From NCBI GenBank assembly GCA_964187785.1, contig OZ076409.1:70930001-70994000 (forward strand): DNA of 64,000 nucleotides. Reading direction: 5' to 3'. How positions within the stretch are numbered: the first letter of the stretch is position 1; every line of letters begins with the position of its first letter. A program made the position numbers and the translations under genes. This document shows, one piece after another, positions 10,947 to 25,700 of the stretch. A model generated the notes under the pieces. The model did no database searches. It had not been told where the DNA came from and saw only the letters and a program-made list of their open reading frames with translations. This DNA comes from Amphiscolops sp. MND2022. Its lineage: Eukaryota.

Positions 10947-12233
10947 GTGGCCGGAAATTTTTTTTTTCAGCAAAATCTTTGCCATTGGGGGAGGGGCCCC
11001 GGATGGCCAGTAGTACGGGATAGCTTCCTACCAAATCCAGATGGAAAAAACGTGATTTCGGAAACTAGCCGTCAGAATTTGCTCAAAATTTGCATACGGC
11101 TTCCTATGACAATCCTAAGAACTAATCCCTACTGGCATTTTGCCCGAAAAACGCAAAAAGTTGGTCAAAATCTTAGTTTTTTGGTCAAAAAATGGCGTTT
11201 TTTCGAAAAAATTTTTTTCAGAGACAATTACTCGTAACTGGTTCACCCAGCGCAAAAACGCCTAGCTGATTTATTGTTGGGCACTTCATGAGGAGTGCGT
11301 ATACAAATTTTCGTCCAGATCGGAAAAAAATTGACTAAGTATTAGCCGGAATTCGGACGCATTTTTTCGCAAATTTTTGAAAACCTAGTCTATCTCTGCC
11401 GTTTTTTGCCCAGATTTTTTTCCAGGTCCTCTCCTAAAGGCCTCCCCTGGCCGGTTTACTTCCCAGAAAAACCATTTGGCCCTAAATACGGAGTTTCAGC
11501 GTTCTAGCATTCCCGGGCGAAAAGATGTGGGACTTAGAAAAAATTCAAAATTTTTCAAAAAATTTTTTTTTCGTTTTCCGGCCCCCCAATGAAGGGGAAC
11601 GACCCCCCAACGAGGATTTTTGGTGAATTCATGTGGAAAGGCCTTGTTTTGTGGAGCAAATTGCCGTTTAGAGCGACTTTTCATCTTAACTTGACGTTGA
11701 CCTCTGTCGTTTTGAATTTGATATTAGTATGTGTTGAGCATGTGAAAAGTTGATGATTTCAGTTGTTCTCTCGTGTTCAAGCCATTGAGATACAAGCGGT
11801 AGTGATCAAAATGTGATTTATCGCAATTTGGTGGTGCTTTTGGTGTATTTTGATTCTTTTAAATAAAAAGTTGGTCTTCATATATTTGGTGTATTGATTC
11901 AAATGAACAAGAAACAGTTGAGTACATTTCATCTCCCCCCTTGTGGGGGAGATGAGGATGTACCCGCTAAATGACACGCACAATGGCCCAATTTTATTTT
12001 TATGCGACGTTTTCTAGGCTTTTGCGCAAGCCCACCAAAATTTAGACTGGTTTCTTTTTCTTTTACTTCAAAATTTTCCGTACTAACCACCTTACGCACC
12101 ACCAGCTCAACGTAACATCTGTAACGTCAACGCCACACACTCTCACTAACGCCCACGGTCCGTGGGCATGCCGAGGCATGCCCTTCGACGACGTATGCCA
12201 GATAGCGCCACCTGGCGCAAACTTGTCCGCTAG
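10947..12233 (+). mobile_element. Divergent family S cassette (subtype S2, 1287 bp)
   Basis: Head GTGGCCGGAAA; S-type central block and palindrome; close sister copy at 59020-60307. Confidence 0.6.
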
Positions 12234-15200
12234 GTGCGGGGGGGAAACCCCATCCCTTATCTTGGAGGATTCGGGTAGGGTCCTGAATCCGAGTTCAGTG
12301 CCGCCAGCTCTCAGTAGAAATCTGGGCATTTTTTTGCGATCTCGTGATCTAACCATAGGATTTTAAAGTTGGAGCGGCCCCCACCAGATTTTCCAAAGTT
12401 ATTCGCCCCCCACCGGGTTCCAGCGTGATTGAAATATTTTGTCGGGGTACACGGGCGACCGTTAGGGGTCATTTTGGGGGTAAAATTTATATCCGGTCGC
12501 ATAACTTTTTTCCTGTTGGTTTAAAACTTTAGGACCCTGCTAAAAGTTTCTTGACCATGTTGCAGGGGCCCCGGAGGTCCAAACCAAATTTTTCTATCTT
12601 GAAGCTATCTCCAAGTACCCCCCCGCCCAAACCGTTATTTTTCCGGAAATGCCGGTTTTTGACCCGGAAGGAGTCGTCTGAGCGCGGGATCGTTAGGTGA
12701 TGTTTTGGGGACGGCCTCGAGACGAAGCGGGGGATATATAGTTTGCCGACCCCAGTTTACCCCCCGCACGGGAAATGACCGTTATATGAGCGGGAAAAAT
12801 GCCCCCCTCCACGTTTTACCGCTATTTCCGGTGTGAAGGAGTGGGAGTAGCGCGTCGGGTGTTATATAACAAAAGTAGGTTTAGACAAGGACCTATCGGA
12901 AACATGTAGTTTGGGACCCCCTGGACCAACCCGTTAGCGGGAAATGGCGCTTCCGCTTCCTTTTTTTACTGCTAAAACCGTAAAATGGGCATTGAGGGGT
13001 AAATATCTCGTGAACGCGTGGAGCAATCGTGTCCATCACTACTACAAGGTTTCATACCCATGATATGGTGCCTTCAGGGGGGCAAACAGATTTCCGCTAT
13101 CTATCACCGTTACCGACTTGGCCCCCCAGCCTAACCGCTATGTGACCGGAAATGTCACTTTTTGAGCCCAAAGGGTCGGTCCCAGCCGGGGAACGTTAGG
13201 TAACTTATTGTAGTACTCAATGAGACGAGTTGGGGGATATAGTTTCAGTCACCCCCCGTTACCCCTTGGGACCGGAAATGACCGTTATGTGGGTAAATTT
13301 GCAATTTTTATACTTTTTCAAGTGTATTTAGGTGCGGAAGTAGTGGTAATAGGTGCTTGGACACTATATGAGGTAATGGAGGACGTGAGGCGAGCTTTCG
13401 GAAATAACCGTTATATTGACCCTAAAGTCCCCCTGGTACCGTTAACGACCGGAAATGGCCAAATTTTGTGTCTATTGGGTACAAATGTTTGGTATTTTAT
13501 GGATAAAAGTACCTGGAAGGTGTTTTAAAGGCCTCCAGAAGTGAACATAGTCATGAAACCTTGTGGGGGGTAACGGTATATAGCACCGGAAGTCCAAACC
13601 GTTGGTCACAGAATAGGTTTTTTGGTTTCAAAATGTCTTTAGGCATAGTTTTGTGGGTTGAATCGTCATAATATCAATTAATACGGACTTTTTTCGGAAA
13701 TAAAATTTTTTCACATTAGTTTCAGGGACCTCCAATGCTTCAGTCAACATAACCGTTACATTTTGATAGCCTTTCAAGTTGACCTGGTGTCAACTTGGAA
13801 GGGCTATCCTTCTAAAATCGTTAATCAAGAGTGTTTTTGGGTAGGTATATGTTGCATTAGTACCAATTAGAGCTTCATCAACAGTTTGCCAACGGCAAAA
13901 ACGATGTCGTGATAATTCCGTTATAAGAATATTAATTAACAAATTGTTTCCAAAGTTGATTTTTTCCATTCGAAATGTGTCCTAATGCCACCAAATTGAA
14001 TAAAATAATAAATGGTATTGACTAAAACTAAATAACAATGAAAAAGAAGATCAACATTTTTATTAGGTCTCATTATGGAAGCTGAAACCTCACGTTTTAG
14101 TTTAATTAACGTCAACGCCACATACTTTACATCAACGCCCACCGTCTGTGGGCATGCCGAGGCATGCCCTTCGACGACGTATACCAAACAACCTCCATAT
14201 CTACACCCACCCGCGGTAGCAGCTAGGTGCGGGGGGGAAACCCCATCCCTTATCTTGGAGGATTCGGGTAGGGTCCTGAATCCGAGTTCAGTGCCGCCAG
14301 CTCTCAGTAGAAATCTGGGAAATTTTTTGCGATCTCGTGATCTAACCATAGGATTTTAAAGTTGGAGCGGCCCCCACCAGATTTTCCAAAGTTATTCGCC
14401 CCCCACCGGGTTCCAGCGTGATTGAAATATTTTGTCGGGGTACACGGGCGACCGTTAGGGGTCATTTTAGGGGTAAAATTTATATCCGGTCGCATAACTT
14501 TTTTCCTGTTGGTTTAAAACTTTGGGACCCTGCTAAAAGTTTCTTGACCGTGTTGCGGTGGCTCCGGAGGTCCAAACCAAATTTTTCTATCTTGAAGCTA
14601 TCTCCAAGTACCCCCCCGCCCAAACCGTTATTTTTCCGGAAACGCCGGTTTTTGACCCGGAAGGAGTCGTCTGAGCGCGGGGTCGTTAGGTGATGTTTTG
14701 GGGACGGCCTCGAGACGAAGCGGGGGATATATAGTTTGCCGACCCCAGTTTACCCCCCGCACGGGAAATGACCGTTATATGAGCGGGAAAAATGCCCCCC
14801 TCCACGTTTTACCGCTATTTCCGGTGTGAAGGAGTGGGAGTAGCGCGTCGGGTGTTATATAACAAAAGTAGGTTTAGACAAGGACCTATCGGAAACATGT
14901 AGTTTGGGACCCCCTGGACCAACCCGTTAGCGGGAAATGGGGCTTCCGCCTCCTTTTTTTACTGCTAAAACCGTAAAATGGGCATTGAGGGGTAAATATC
15001 TCGTGAACGCGTGGAGCAATCGTGTCCATCACTACTACAAGGTTTCATACCCATGATATGGTGCCTTCAGGGGGGCAAACAGATTTCCGCTATCTATCAC
15101 CGTTACCGACTTGGCCCCCCAGCCTAACCGCTATGTGACCGGAATTGTCACTTTTTGAGCCCAAAGGGTCGGTCCCAGCCGGGGAACGTTAGGTAACTTA

Positions 15201-18200
15201 TTGTAGTACTCAATGAGACGAGTTGGGGGATATAGTTTCAGTCACCCCCCGTTACCCCTTGGGACCGGAAATGACCGTTATGTGGGTAAAATTGCAATTT
15301 TTATACTTTTAAGTGTATTTAGGTGCGGAAGGAGTGGTAATAGGTGCTTGGACACTATATGAGGTAAGGGAGGACGTGAGGCGAGCATTCGGAAATAACC
15401 GTTATATTGACCCTAAAGTCCCCCTGGTACCGTAAACGACCGGAAATGGTCAAATTTTGTGTCTATTGGGTACAAATGTTTAGTATTTTGTAGATAAAAG
15501 TATCTATTAGGTGTTTCGACGGTCTGCAATAGTGAACATAGTCATGAAACCTTGTGGGGGGTAACGGGGTATATAGCACCGGAAGTCCAAACCGTTGGAC
15601 ACAGGATAGGTTTTTGGTTTGAAAATGTCTTTCGGCGTACTTTTGTCGACTATTATGGACTATTATTAAAAATTAAAGTTTTTCCATATAGTTTCAGAGA
15701 CTCCGAAACCTCAACCAACATAACCGTTACATTTTGATAGCCTTTCAAGTTGGCCTGGTGTCAACTTGGAAGCGCTATCCTTCTGAAATCGTTAATCAAG
15801 AGTGTTTTTGGGTAGGTATATATTGCATTAGTACCAATTAGAGCTTCATCAATAGTGTATCAACGACAAAAACTATGCCGTCATGATTCCGTTATTAGAA
15901 TCATAGTGAGCAAATTGTTGAAAAAAATGGTTTTTTCCATACAAAATGTGTCCTAAATGCCAGGAAACCTATTTACCTAACAAATGGTATTAATTGGAAT
16001 GTATGTAACAGATTTATAAAAGTTCAAATTGAATATTACATTTCATTATGGAAGCTGAAACGTCATATTTTAGTTTAATTAACGTCAACGCCACACACTT
16101 TACATCAACGCACACCGTCTGTGGGCATGCCGAGGCATGCCCTTCGACGACGTATGACAAATCCTCATCAAACGACGCCCGTACATGCCGGGCTAGGTGC
16201 GGGGGGGTAACCCCAACAAAATTTTTGGAGGATTCGGGTAGGGTCCTGAATCCGATTTTAACTCTAATAGCTATCGATAGGAAATCTTGCAAAAATTTCG
16301 GGATCTCGTGATCTAACCATAGGATTTTAAAGTTGGAGCGGCCCCCACCAGATTTTCCGAAAATTAGCGCCCCCCACCGGGTTCCATACCCCGGAAAATT
16401 TTTTTCTGGCCACACGGGCGACCGTTAGGGGGTCATTTTAGGGGTAAAATTCATATTGGGCCACATAACTTTTTTTCTGTTGATTTAAAACTTTGGGACC
16501 CTGCTAAAAGTTTCTTGACCGTGTTGCAAGGGCTCCGGAGGTCCAAACCAAATTTTTCTAGCTTGAAGCTATCTCCAAGTACCCCCCCGCCCAAAACGTT
16601 ATTTTTCCGGAAACGCAGGTTTTTGACCCGGAAGGAGTCGTCTGAGCGCGGGGTCGTTAGGTGATGTATTGGGGACGGCCTTGAGACGAAGCGGGGGACA
16701 TGTAGTTTGCCGACCCCAGTTTACCCCCCGGACGGGAAATGACCGTTATTTGAGCGGGAAAAATGCCCCCTCCACGTTTTACCGCTATTTCCGGTGTGAA
16801 GGAGTGGGAGTAGCGCGTCGGGTGTTATATAACAAAAGTAGGTTTAGACAAGGACCTATCGGAAACATGTAGTTTGGGACCCCCTGGACCAACCCGTTAG
16901 CGGGAAATGGGGCTTCCGCCTCCTTTTTTTACGGTTAAAAACGGAAAATGGGCATTGAGGGGTAAATATCTCGTGAACGCGTGGAGCAATCGTGTCCTTC
17001 ACTACTACAAGGTTTCATGTCCATCATATGGTGCCTTCAGGGGGGCAAACAGATTTCCGCTATCTATCACCGTTACGGACTTGGCCCCCCAGCCTAACCG
17101 CTATGTGACCGGAAATGTCACTTTTTGAGCCCAAAGAGTCGGTCTCAGTCAGGGAACGTTAGGTAACTTATTGTAGTACTCATTGAGACGAGTTGGGGGA
17201 TATAGTTTCAGTCACCCCCCGTTACCCCTTAGGACCGGAAATGACCGTTATGTGGGTAAATTTGCAATTTTTGAACTTTTTGAAGGGCATTTAGATGCGG
17301 AAGGAGAGGTAATAGGTGCTTGGACACTAAATGAAGGAAGGGAGGACGTGAGGCGAGCATTCGGAAATAACCGTTATGTTGACCCTAAAGTCTCCCTGGT
17401 ACCGGAAGTGACCGGAAAGTGTCAAATTTGGTGTTTTTAGGGTACAAATGTTCGGTGTTTTATGGATTAAAGTACAGGTTAGGTGTTTTCACGGTCTGCA
17501 GTAGTGAACATAGTCATGAAAACTTGTGGGGGGTAACGGTATATAGCACCGGAAGTCCAAACCGTTGGAGACAGGATAAGTTTTTTGGTTTTAAAATGTC
17601 TTTCGGCCTACTTTTGTTGACTATTATGGACTATTTTTGGAAAATAAAGTTTTTCCAAATAGTTTCAGAGACTCCGAAACCTCAACCAACATAACCGTTA
17701 CCTTATGATAGCCTTTCAAGTTGGCCTGGTGTCAACTTGGAAGGGCTATCCTTCAAAAATCATTAATCAAGTGTGTTTTTGAGTTTGTTTGTATTACTTT
17801 AGAATCAATTAGAGCTTCAAGAAAAGATTGCCAACGACAAAAACTATGTCGTTATGATTCCGTTATTGGAATAATAGTTAACAAAATATTGATAAAGTTG
17901 ATTTTTTACATTTTAAATGTGTTCTAAATGCCAGAAAACCTCTTTACCAAACAAATGGAATTGATTGAATTGTATATAGAAGCTAATAAAAGTTCAAATT
18001 GAATATTACATTTCATTATGCAAGCTGAAACGTCAAATTATAGTTTATTTAACGTCAACGCCACATACTTTACATCAACGCCCACCGTCCGTAGGCATGC
18101 CGAGGCATGCCTTTCGACGACGTATACCAGATTCCACCCTCACAACACCCCCGAGCGCGGTAGCAGCTAGGTGCGGGGGGGTAACCCCAACTTTTTTCTT

Positions 18201-20164
18201 GGAGGAATCGGGTAGGGTCCTGATTCCGAGCTTAGTGCCGCCAGCTATCGTTAAAAACCCATACCTTTTAAACCCGATCTCGGGAACTAACCACGCCCCT
18301 TCTTTAATTTTTTGGCCCCCACTCACTTTTTGAGAGTAGATCGCCCCCCACTGGGTTCCAAGTTGGGCAAAAATGGAGGTCATGGGTAACGGGGACCGTT
18401 AAGGGGTAACTCAGGGGGTAAAATTTATTTTTTGCGTCATATCTTTTCCCCCCGTGGATTTAGCGCTTCCGGTCAGCAGACAAAACCTCATGTACGTGAT
18501 AAGGGGCCTCCGTAGGTCCAAACAAAATTTTTCTATCATGCACCGTTACGGACTTGCCCCCCCGGCCCAACCGTTATTTTGCCGGAAATTGCCTTTTTTG
18601 ACAGGGAAGGAGTCGTCTGAGCACGGAGTCGTTTGGTAATGTTTTGTAGTGCATCTGGAGACGTGTTGGGGGACATGTAGTTTGCCGACCCCAGTTTACC
18701 CCTCGGACGGGAAATGACCGTTATGTGAGTTTTAAAAATGCCCCCCTTCAATTTTCCCCGCAATTTCCGGTGTGAAGGAGTGGGAGTAGGGTGTCGGGTG
18801 CCATATATCAAAAGTAGGTTTAGACAAGGACCAACCGGAAACATGTGGTTTCGGACCCCCTGACCCAACCCGTTAGCCGCTATTAGGGTGATCGCCTCCT
18901 TTTTTTGCTGTTAAAACCGGAAAACGGGCATTGAGGGGTAAATATCTCGTGAACGCGTGGAGCAATCGTGTCCATCACTACTACAAGGTTTCATACCCAT
19001 GATATGGTGCCTTCAGGGGGGAAAACAGATTACCGCTATCTATCACCGTTACCGACTTGGCCCCCCAGCCTAACCGCTATGTGACCGGAAATTGCACTTT
19101 TTGAGCCCAAAGGGTCGATCCTAGCCGGGCAACGATAGGTAACATATTGTAGTACTCATTGAGACGAGTTGGGGGATCTAGTTTCAGTCACCCCCGTTAC
19201 CCCTTGAGACCGGAAATGACCGTTATGTGAGTAGAATTGCAATTTTTATACCTTTTGAAGGGCATTTAGGTGCGGAAGGAATGGTAATAGGTGCTTGGAC
19301 ACTATATGATGTAATGGAGGTCGTGAGGAGAGCATTCGGAAGTAACCGTTACGTTGACCCCAAAGTCCCCCTGGTACCGTTAACAACCGGAAATGGCCAG
19401 ATTTTGTGTTTGTAGGGTACAAATGTTTGGTATATTCTGGATAAAATTACCTGGAAGGTGTTTTAAAGGCCTCCAGAAGTGAACATAGTCATGAAACTTT
19501 GTGGGGGGTAACGGTATATAGCACCGGAAGTCCAAACCGTTAGTTACAGAATAGGTTTTTTGGTTTCAAAACGTCTTTAGGCGTAGTTTTGTGGGTTGAA
19601 TCGTCATAATATCAACTAATACGGACTTTTTTCGGAAATAAAATTTTTTCACATTAGTTTCAGGGACCTCCAATGTTTCAGTCAACATAACCGTTACATT
19701 TTGATAGCCTTTCAAGTTGGCCTGGTGTCAACTTGGAAGGGCTATCCTTCTAAAATCGTTAATCAAGAGTGTTTTTGGGTAGGTATATGTTGCATTAGTA
19801 CCAATTAGAGCTTCATCAACAGTTTGCCAACGGCAAAAACGATGTCGTGATAATTCCGTTATAAGAATATTAATTAACAAATTGTTTACAAAGTTGATTT
19901 ATTTCATTTAAAATGTGTCCTAATGCCACCAAATTGAATAAAATAATAAATGGTATTGACTAAAACTAAATAACATTGAAAAAGAAGATGAACATTTTTA
20001 ATAGGTCTCATTATGGAAGCTGAAACCTCACGTTTTAACTTAATTAACGTCAACGCCACATACTTTTCATCAACGCCCACCGTCTGTGGGCATGCCGAGG
20101 CATGCCCTTCGACGACGTATACCAAACAACCTCCATATCTACACCCAATTGCGGTAGCGGCTAG
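12234..20164 (+). mobile_element. Four family L cassettes (12234-14226, 14227-16196, 16197-18170, 18171-20164)
   Basis: Same head, body and terminal module as the other L units; 1970-1994 bp. Confidence 0.6.
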
Positions 20165-22726
20165 GTGCCGGTGTTTTTTTACACAATGGGGGAAGTTGCG
20201 CGGTTGGGGAGGGTCCCTGACGCGCTTCCGTGGTATCGGGTCTTTCAACCGATGAAAACGACATAAAAAATTGGGATCTCGTAAACTAGCCATACGATTT
20301 GGCTGAAATTTGGCACACGTACCCCCCTCGGCACGGTGAAGATGATTCCCTACTGACGTTTTTCCCGCTAAACATTTTTTGTTGACCAAAATAACGGTTT
20401 TTGGGGTAAAATTTTCAACTTTCTTTAAATTTCATCTTATATCTCGCCACGGGTACACGCTAGCGCTTCCAAACCTTCCTGACGAAAGTTTGCAAACTGT
20501 CTCAGGAATGCTGTGTGAAATTTTCAGCTCAATCGGACTTAAACTCGAGGAGATATAGCGTTTTTCCGGAGCGGGGGGGTTTCATTTTTCTAACGGTCCA
20601 GCTTATCTTTGCCATTTTTTCGAAAATGTACTCGCCTAAAGGCCTCCCCTGGCCGGTTTTATTCCCAGCAAAACCATTTGGCCCTAAATACGGAGTTTCA
20701 GCGTTCCAGCATTCCCGGGCGAAAAGTTGTGGGACTTAGAAAATTTCAAAAATTTTCAAAAAAATTTTTTTCCGTTATTTGGGCCCCCAAAGTGGGGGAA
20801 AAGACCCCCCAACCAGTAAAGCAAGTGAATGCATGTGCAAAGCCCTTGTTTGGACGAGAAAAATGCCGTTTAGAATGTCTTTTTATCTTAACTTGACATT
20901 GACTTTTGTCGTTTTGAATGTGACCGTTAGATACAGAAAATTGATATTTTGAGTATTTATCCCATCTGAAAGCCATTGAGATACAACATGTTTTGCTCAA
21001 AACGTGTTTCATTGCAGTTCCGCTGTCCATTGACACCCTTTGATGTCTTTTGACGTAATTTTCTTTTCTATAATAACAATTTTTTTGTGTATTTTTTTCA
21101 TTTTTTTCTCATCAAATAACTTGAAACAGTTGAGTACATTCCATCTCCCTTCCCGGGGGAGATGAGAATGTACTCGCTAAAGGTCAGGAACTACGGTCTA
21201 TATCTTCCACAACACAAAAGCAATTGAAAATTGTTTCAGTTTGTCGCAGAAAACTTTTCTTTTTGCACTCAGTGGCTCGGCAATGTGAACGATTTTGACC
21301 CATATTGAATCTTACTTTACCACAACTCATCTCTAACGTCAACGCCCCCCACACACATCAACGCCCCCCGTCCGTGGGCATGCCGAGGCATGCCCTTCGA
21401 CGACGTATAGCAAAATATATTCGAACGCGGTAGCCGCTAGGTGCCGGGATTTCTATTCGATAAAGTATGTGGCGCGTGTGGGTAGGGCCCCTGGCGCGCT
21501 CTTGGGTATGGTGTTCACCAGCTAGGAAACAGGGGTCGATTTTTCGGGATCTCCTAAACTAGCCACACGATTTGGCTGAAATTTGGCACACGTACTCCCC
21601 TCGGCATGGTGAAGATGATTCCCTACTAGCGTTTTGCTCGCAAAATTTTTTTTGTTGTCCAAAATAACGGTTTTTGGGGGAAAATTTTGAACTTTTTTTA
21701 AATTTCATCTTATATCTCGCCACGGGTTTACGCTAGCGCTTCAAAACCCTGCTAAAGAAAGCTTGCAAACTGTCTCAGGAATGCGGTGTGAAGTTTTCAG
21801 CTCAATCGGACTTAAACTCAGGGAGATATAGCGTTTTTCCGGAGCGGGGGGGTTTCATTTTTCTAACGGTCCAGCTTATCTTAGCCATTTTTTCGAAAAT
21901 GTACTCGCCTAAAGACCTCCCCTGGCCGGTTTTATTCCCAGCAAAACCATTTGGCCCTAAATACGGAGTTTCAGCGTTCCAGCATTCCCGGGCGAAAAGT
22001 TGTGAGACTTAGAAAATTTCAAAAATTTTCAAATTTTTTTTTTCCGTTTTCCGCCCTCCCCCCCGAGGGGAAAAGACCCCCCAACCAGTAATTTGAGTGA
22101 ATTCATGTGGAAAGGCCATGTTTAGAGGAGAAAAATCCCGTTTAAATTGTCTTTTTATCTTTATTCAACGTTGACTTATGACGTTTTGAAGGTGATGTTT
22201 GGAGGTGTGAAGCACGTGAAAAGTAAACGTTATGAGTTTTTATCTGATCTGAAAGCCATTGAGATGCAACCTGTTTTGCTCAAAACGTAATTCATATCAG
22301 TTTGGTAGTCAATCAACACCCTTTGTTGTCATTTGACATCTTTTTTTGTTGATATAAGAAAAAATTTCGTGTATTTATTCATTTTTTTCTCATCAAATAA
22401 CTTGAAACAGTTGAGTACATTCCATCCCCCCTCCACGGGGGAGATGAGAATGTACTCGCAAAAAGCCCCGAACTACGACCCTTACCTTCCTGAGCTACGC
22501 AGTATAAAGATTGCATATTGGTTCCGACATTTTGATAGAGTTATATCTTGGTAATCTGTCTGGGTATGCAGAAAAACCAGCACGTGCTTTTTTATACCAA
22601 GTTGCTCACAACGACATTTATTTTATATCAACGCCCCCATATTTATCAACGCCCCCCGTCCGTGGGCATGCCGAGGCATGCCCTTCGACGACGTATACCA
22701 AGATATGTTCGAGCGCGTTAGCCTAG
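20165..22726 (+). mobile_element. Two family S cassettes (20165-21440, 21441-22726)
   Basis: S body. The 3' half of 20165-21440 is near-identical to that of 3757-5030; the 3' part of 21441-22726 resembles 2465-3756. Confidence 0.6.
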
Positions 22727-25700
22727 GTGCGGGGGGGAAACCCCAACAAATATATTGGAGGATTCGGGTAGGGTCCTGAATCCGATTTTAACTCTAATAG
22801 CTATCGATAGGAAATCTTGCAAAAATTTCGGGATCTCGTGATCTAACCATAGGATTTTAAAGTTGGAGCGGCCCCCACCAGATTTTCCGAAAATTAGCGC
22901 CCCCCACCGGGTTCCATACCCCGGAAAATTTTTTTCTGGCCACACGGGCGACCGTTAGGGGGTCATTTTAGGGGTAAAATTCATATTGGGCCACATAACT
23001 TTTTTACTGTTGGTTTAAAACTTTGGGACCCTGCTAAAAGTTTCTTGACCGTGTTGCAGGGGCCCCGGAGGTCCAAACCAATTTTTTCTATCTTGAAGCT
23101 ATCTCCAAGTACCCCCCCGCTCAAACCGTTATTTTTCCGGAAACGCAGGTTTTTGACCCGGAAGGAGTCGTCTGAGCACGGGGTCGTTAGGTGATGTATT
23201 GGGGACGGCCTTGAGACGAAGTGGGGGACATGTAGTTTGCCAACCTCAGTTTACCCCCCGGACGGGAAATGACCGTTATATGAGCGGGAAAAATGCCCCC
23301 CTCCACGTTTTACCGCTATTTCCGGTGTGAAGCAGTGGGAGTAGCGCGTCGGGTGCCATATATCAAAAGTAGGTTTAGACAAGGATCTATCGGAAACATG
23401 TGGTTTGGGACCCCCTGGACCAACCCGTTAGCAGGAAATGGGGCTTCCGGCCCGTTTTTTTACGGTTAAAAACGGAAAATGGTCATTGAGGGGTAAATAT
23501 CTCGTGAACGCGTGGAGCAATCGTGTCCTTCACTACTACAAGGTTTCATACCCATGATATGGTGCCTTCAGGGGGGCAAACAGATTACCGCTATCTATCA
23601 CCGTTACCGACTTGGCCCCCCAGCCTAACCGCTAAGTGACCGGAAATGTCATATTTTGAGCCCTAAGGGTCGGTCCCAGCCGGGGAACGTTAGGTAACTT
23701 ATTGTAGTACTCAATGAGACGAGTTGGGGGATATAGTTTCAGTCACCCCCGTTACCCCTTGTGACCGGAAATGACCGTTATGTGGGTAAATTTGCATTTT
23801 TTATACTCTTTGAAGTGCATTTATTTGTGGAAGGAGTGGTAATAGGTGCTTGGACACTATATGAGGTAAGGGAGGACGTGAGGCGAGCATTCGAAAATAA
23901 CCGTTATGTTGACCCCAAAGTCCCCCTGGTACCGGAAGTGACCGGAAATTGTCAAATTTTGTGTTTTTAGGGTACAAATGTTTAGTGTTTTATGGATTAA
24001 AGTACAGGTTAGGTGTTTTCACGGTCTGCAGTAGTGAACATAGTCATGAAACATTGTGGGGGGTTACGGTATATAGCACCGGAAGACAAAAACGTTGGAG
24101 ACATGTTAGGTTTTTTGGTTTTAAAATGTCTTTCGGCGTACTTTTGTCCACTATTATGAACTATTTTTGAAAATTAAAGTTTTTCCATATAGTTTCAGAG
24201 ACTCCCAAACCTCAACCAACATAACCGTTACATTTTGATAGCCTTTCAAGTTGGCCTGGTGTCAACTTGGAAGGGCTATCCTTCAAAAATCGTTAATCAA
24301 GTGTGTTTTTGGGTATGTTTGTATCATTTTAGAATCAATTAGAGCTTCAAGAAAAGTTTGCCAACGACAAAAACTATGTCGTGATGATTCCCTTATTAGA
24401 ATAAAAGTTAGCAAATTGTTAACCAAACTGATTTTTTTCCATTTAAAATGAGTCCTAAATGCCAGGAAACCTCTTTACCTAACAAATGGTATTGATTGGA
24501 ATGTATGTAACATATTTATAAAAGTTCAAATTGATTATTACGTTTCATTATGGAAGCTGAAACGTCATATTTCAGTTTAATTAACGTCAACGCCACATAC
24601 TTTACATCAACGCCCACCGTCTGTGGGCATGCCGAGGCATGCCCTTCGACGACGTATACCAAATACATACCTAACGACGCCCGTACATCCCGGGCTAGGT
24701 GCGGGGGGGTAACCCCAACAAATATATTGGAGGATTCGGGTAGGGTCCTGAATCCGATTTTAACTCTAATAGCTATCGATAGGAAATCTTGCAAAAATTT
24801 CGGGATCTCGTGATCTAACCATAGGATTTTAAAGTTGGAGCGGCCCCCACCAGATTTTCCAAAGTTATTCGCCCCCCACCGGGTTCCAGCGTGATTGAAA
24901 TATTTTGACGGGGTACACGGGCGACCGTTAGGGGTCATTTTGGGGGTAAAATTTATAAAAGTTCGCATAACTTTTTTCCTGTTGGATTAAAACTTTGGGA
25001 CCCTGCTAAAAGTTTCTTGACCGTGTTGCAAGGGCTCCGGAGGTGCAAACCAAATTTTTCTATCTTGAAGCTATCTCCAAGTACCCCCCCGCTCAAACCG
25101 TTATTTTTCCGGAAACGCCGGTTTTTGACCCGGAAGGAGTCGTCTGAGCGCGGGGTCGTTAGGTGATGTATTGGGGACGGCCTTGAGACGAAGTGGGGGA
25201 CAAGTAGTTTGCCAACCTCAATTTACCCCCCGGACGGGAAATGACCGTTATATGAGCGTGAAAAATGCCCCCCTCCACGTTTTACCGCTATTTCCGGTGT
25301 GAAGGAGTGGGAGTAGCGCGTCGGGTGCCATATATCAAAAGTAGGTTTAGACAAGGATCTATCAAAAACATGTGGTTTGGGACCCCCTGATCCAACCCGT
25401 TAGCGGGAAATGGGGCTTCCGCCTCCTTTTTTTACGGTTAAAACCGGAAAATGGACATTGAGGGGTAAATATCTCGTGAACGCGTGGAGCAATCGTGTCC
25501 ATCACTACTACAAGGTTTCATACCCATGACATGGTGCCTTCAGGGGGGCAAACTGATTTCCGCTATCTATCACCGTTACCGACTTGGCCCCCCAGCCTAA
25601 CCGCTATGTGACCGGAAATGTCACTTTTTGAGCCCAAAGGGTCGGTCCCAGCCGGGGAACGTTAGGTAACTTATTGTAGTACTCAATGAGACGAGTTGGG

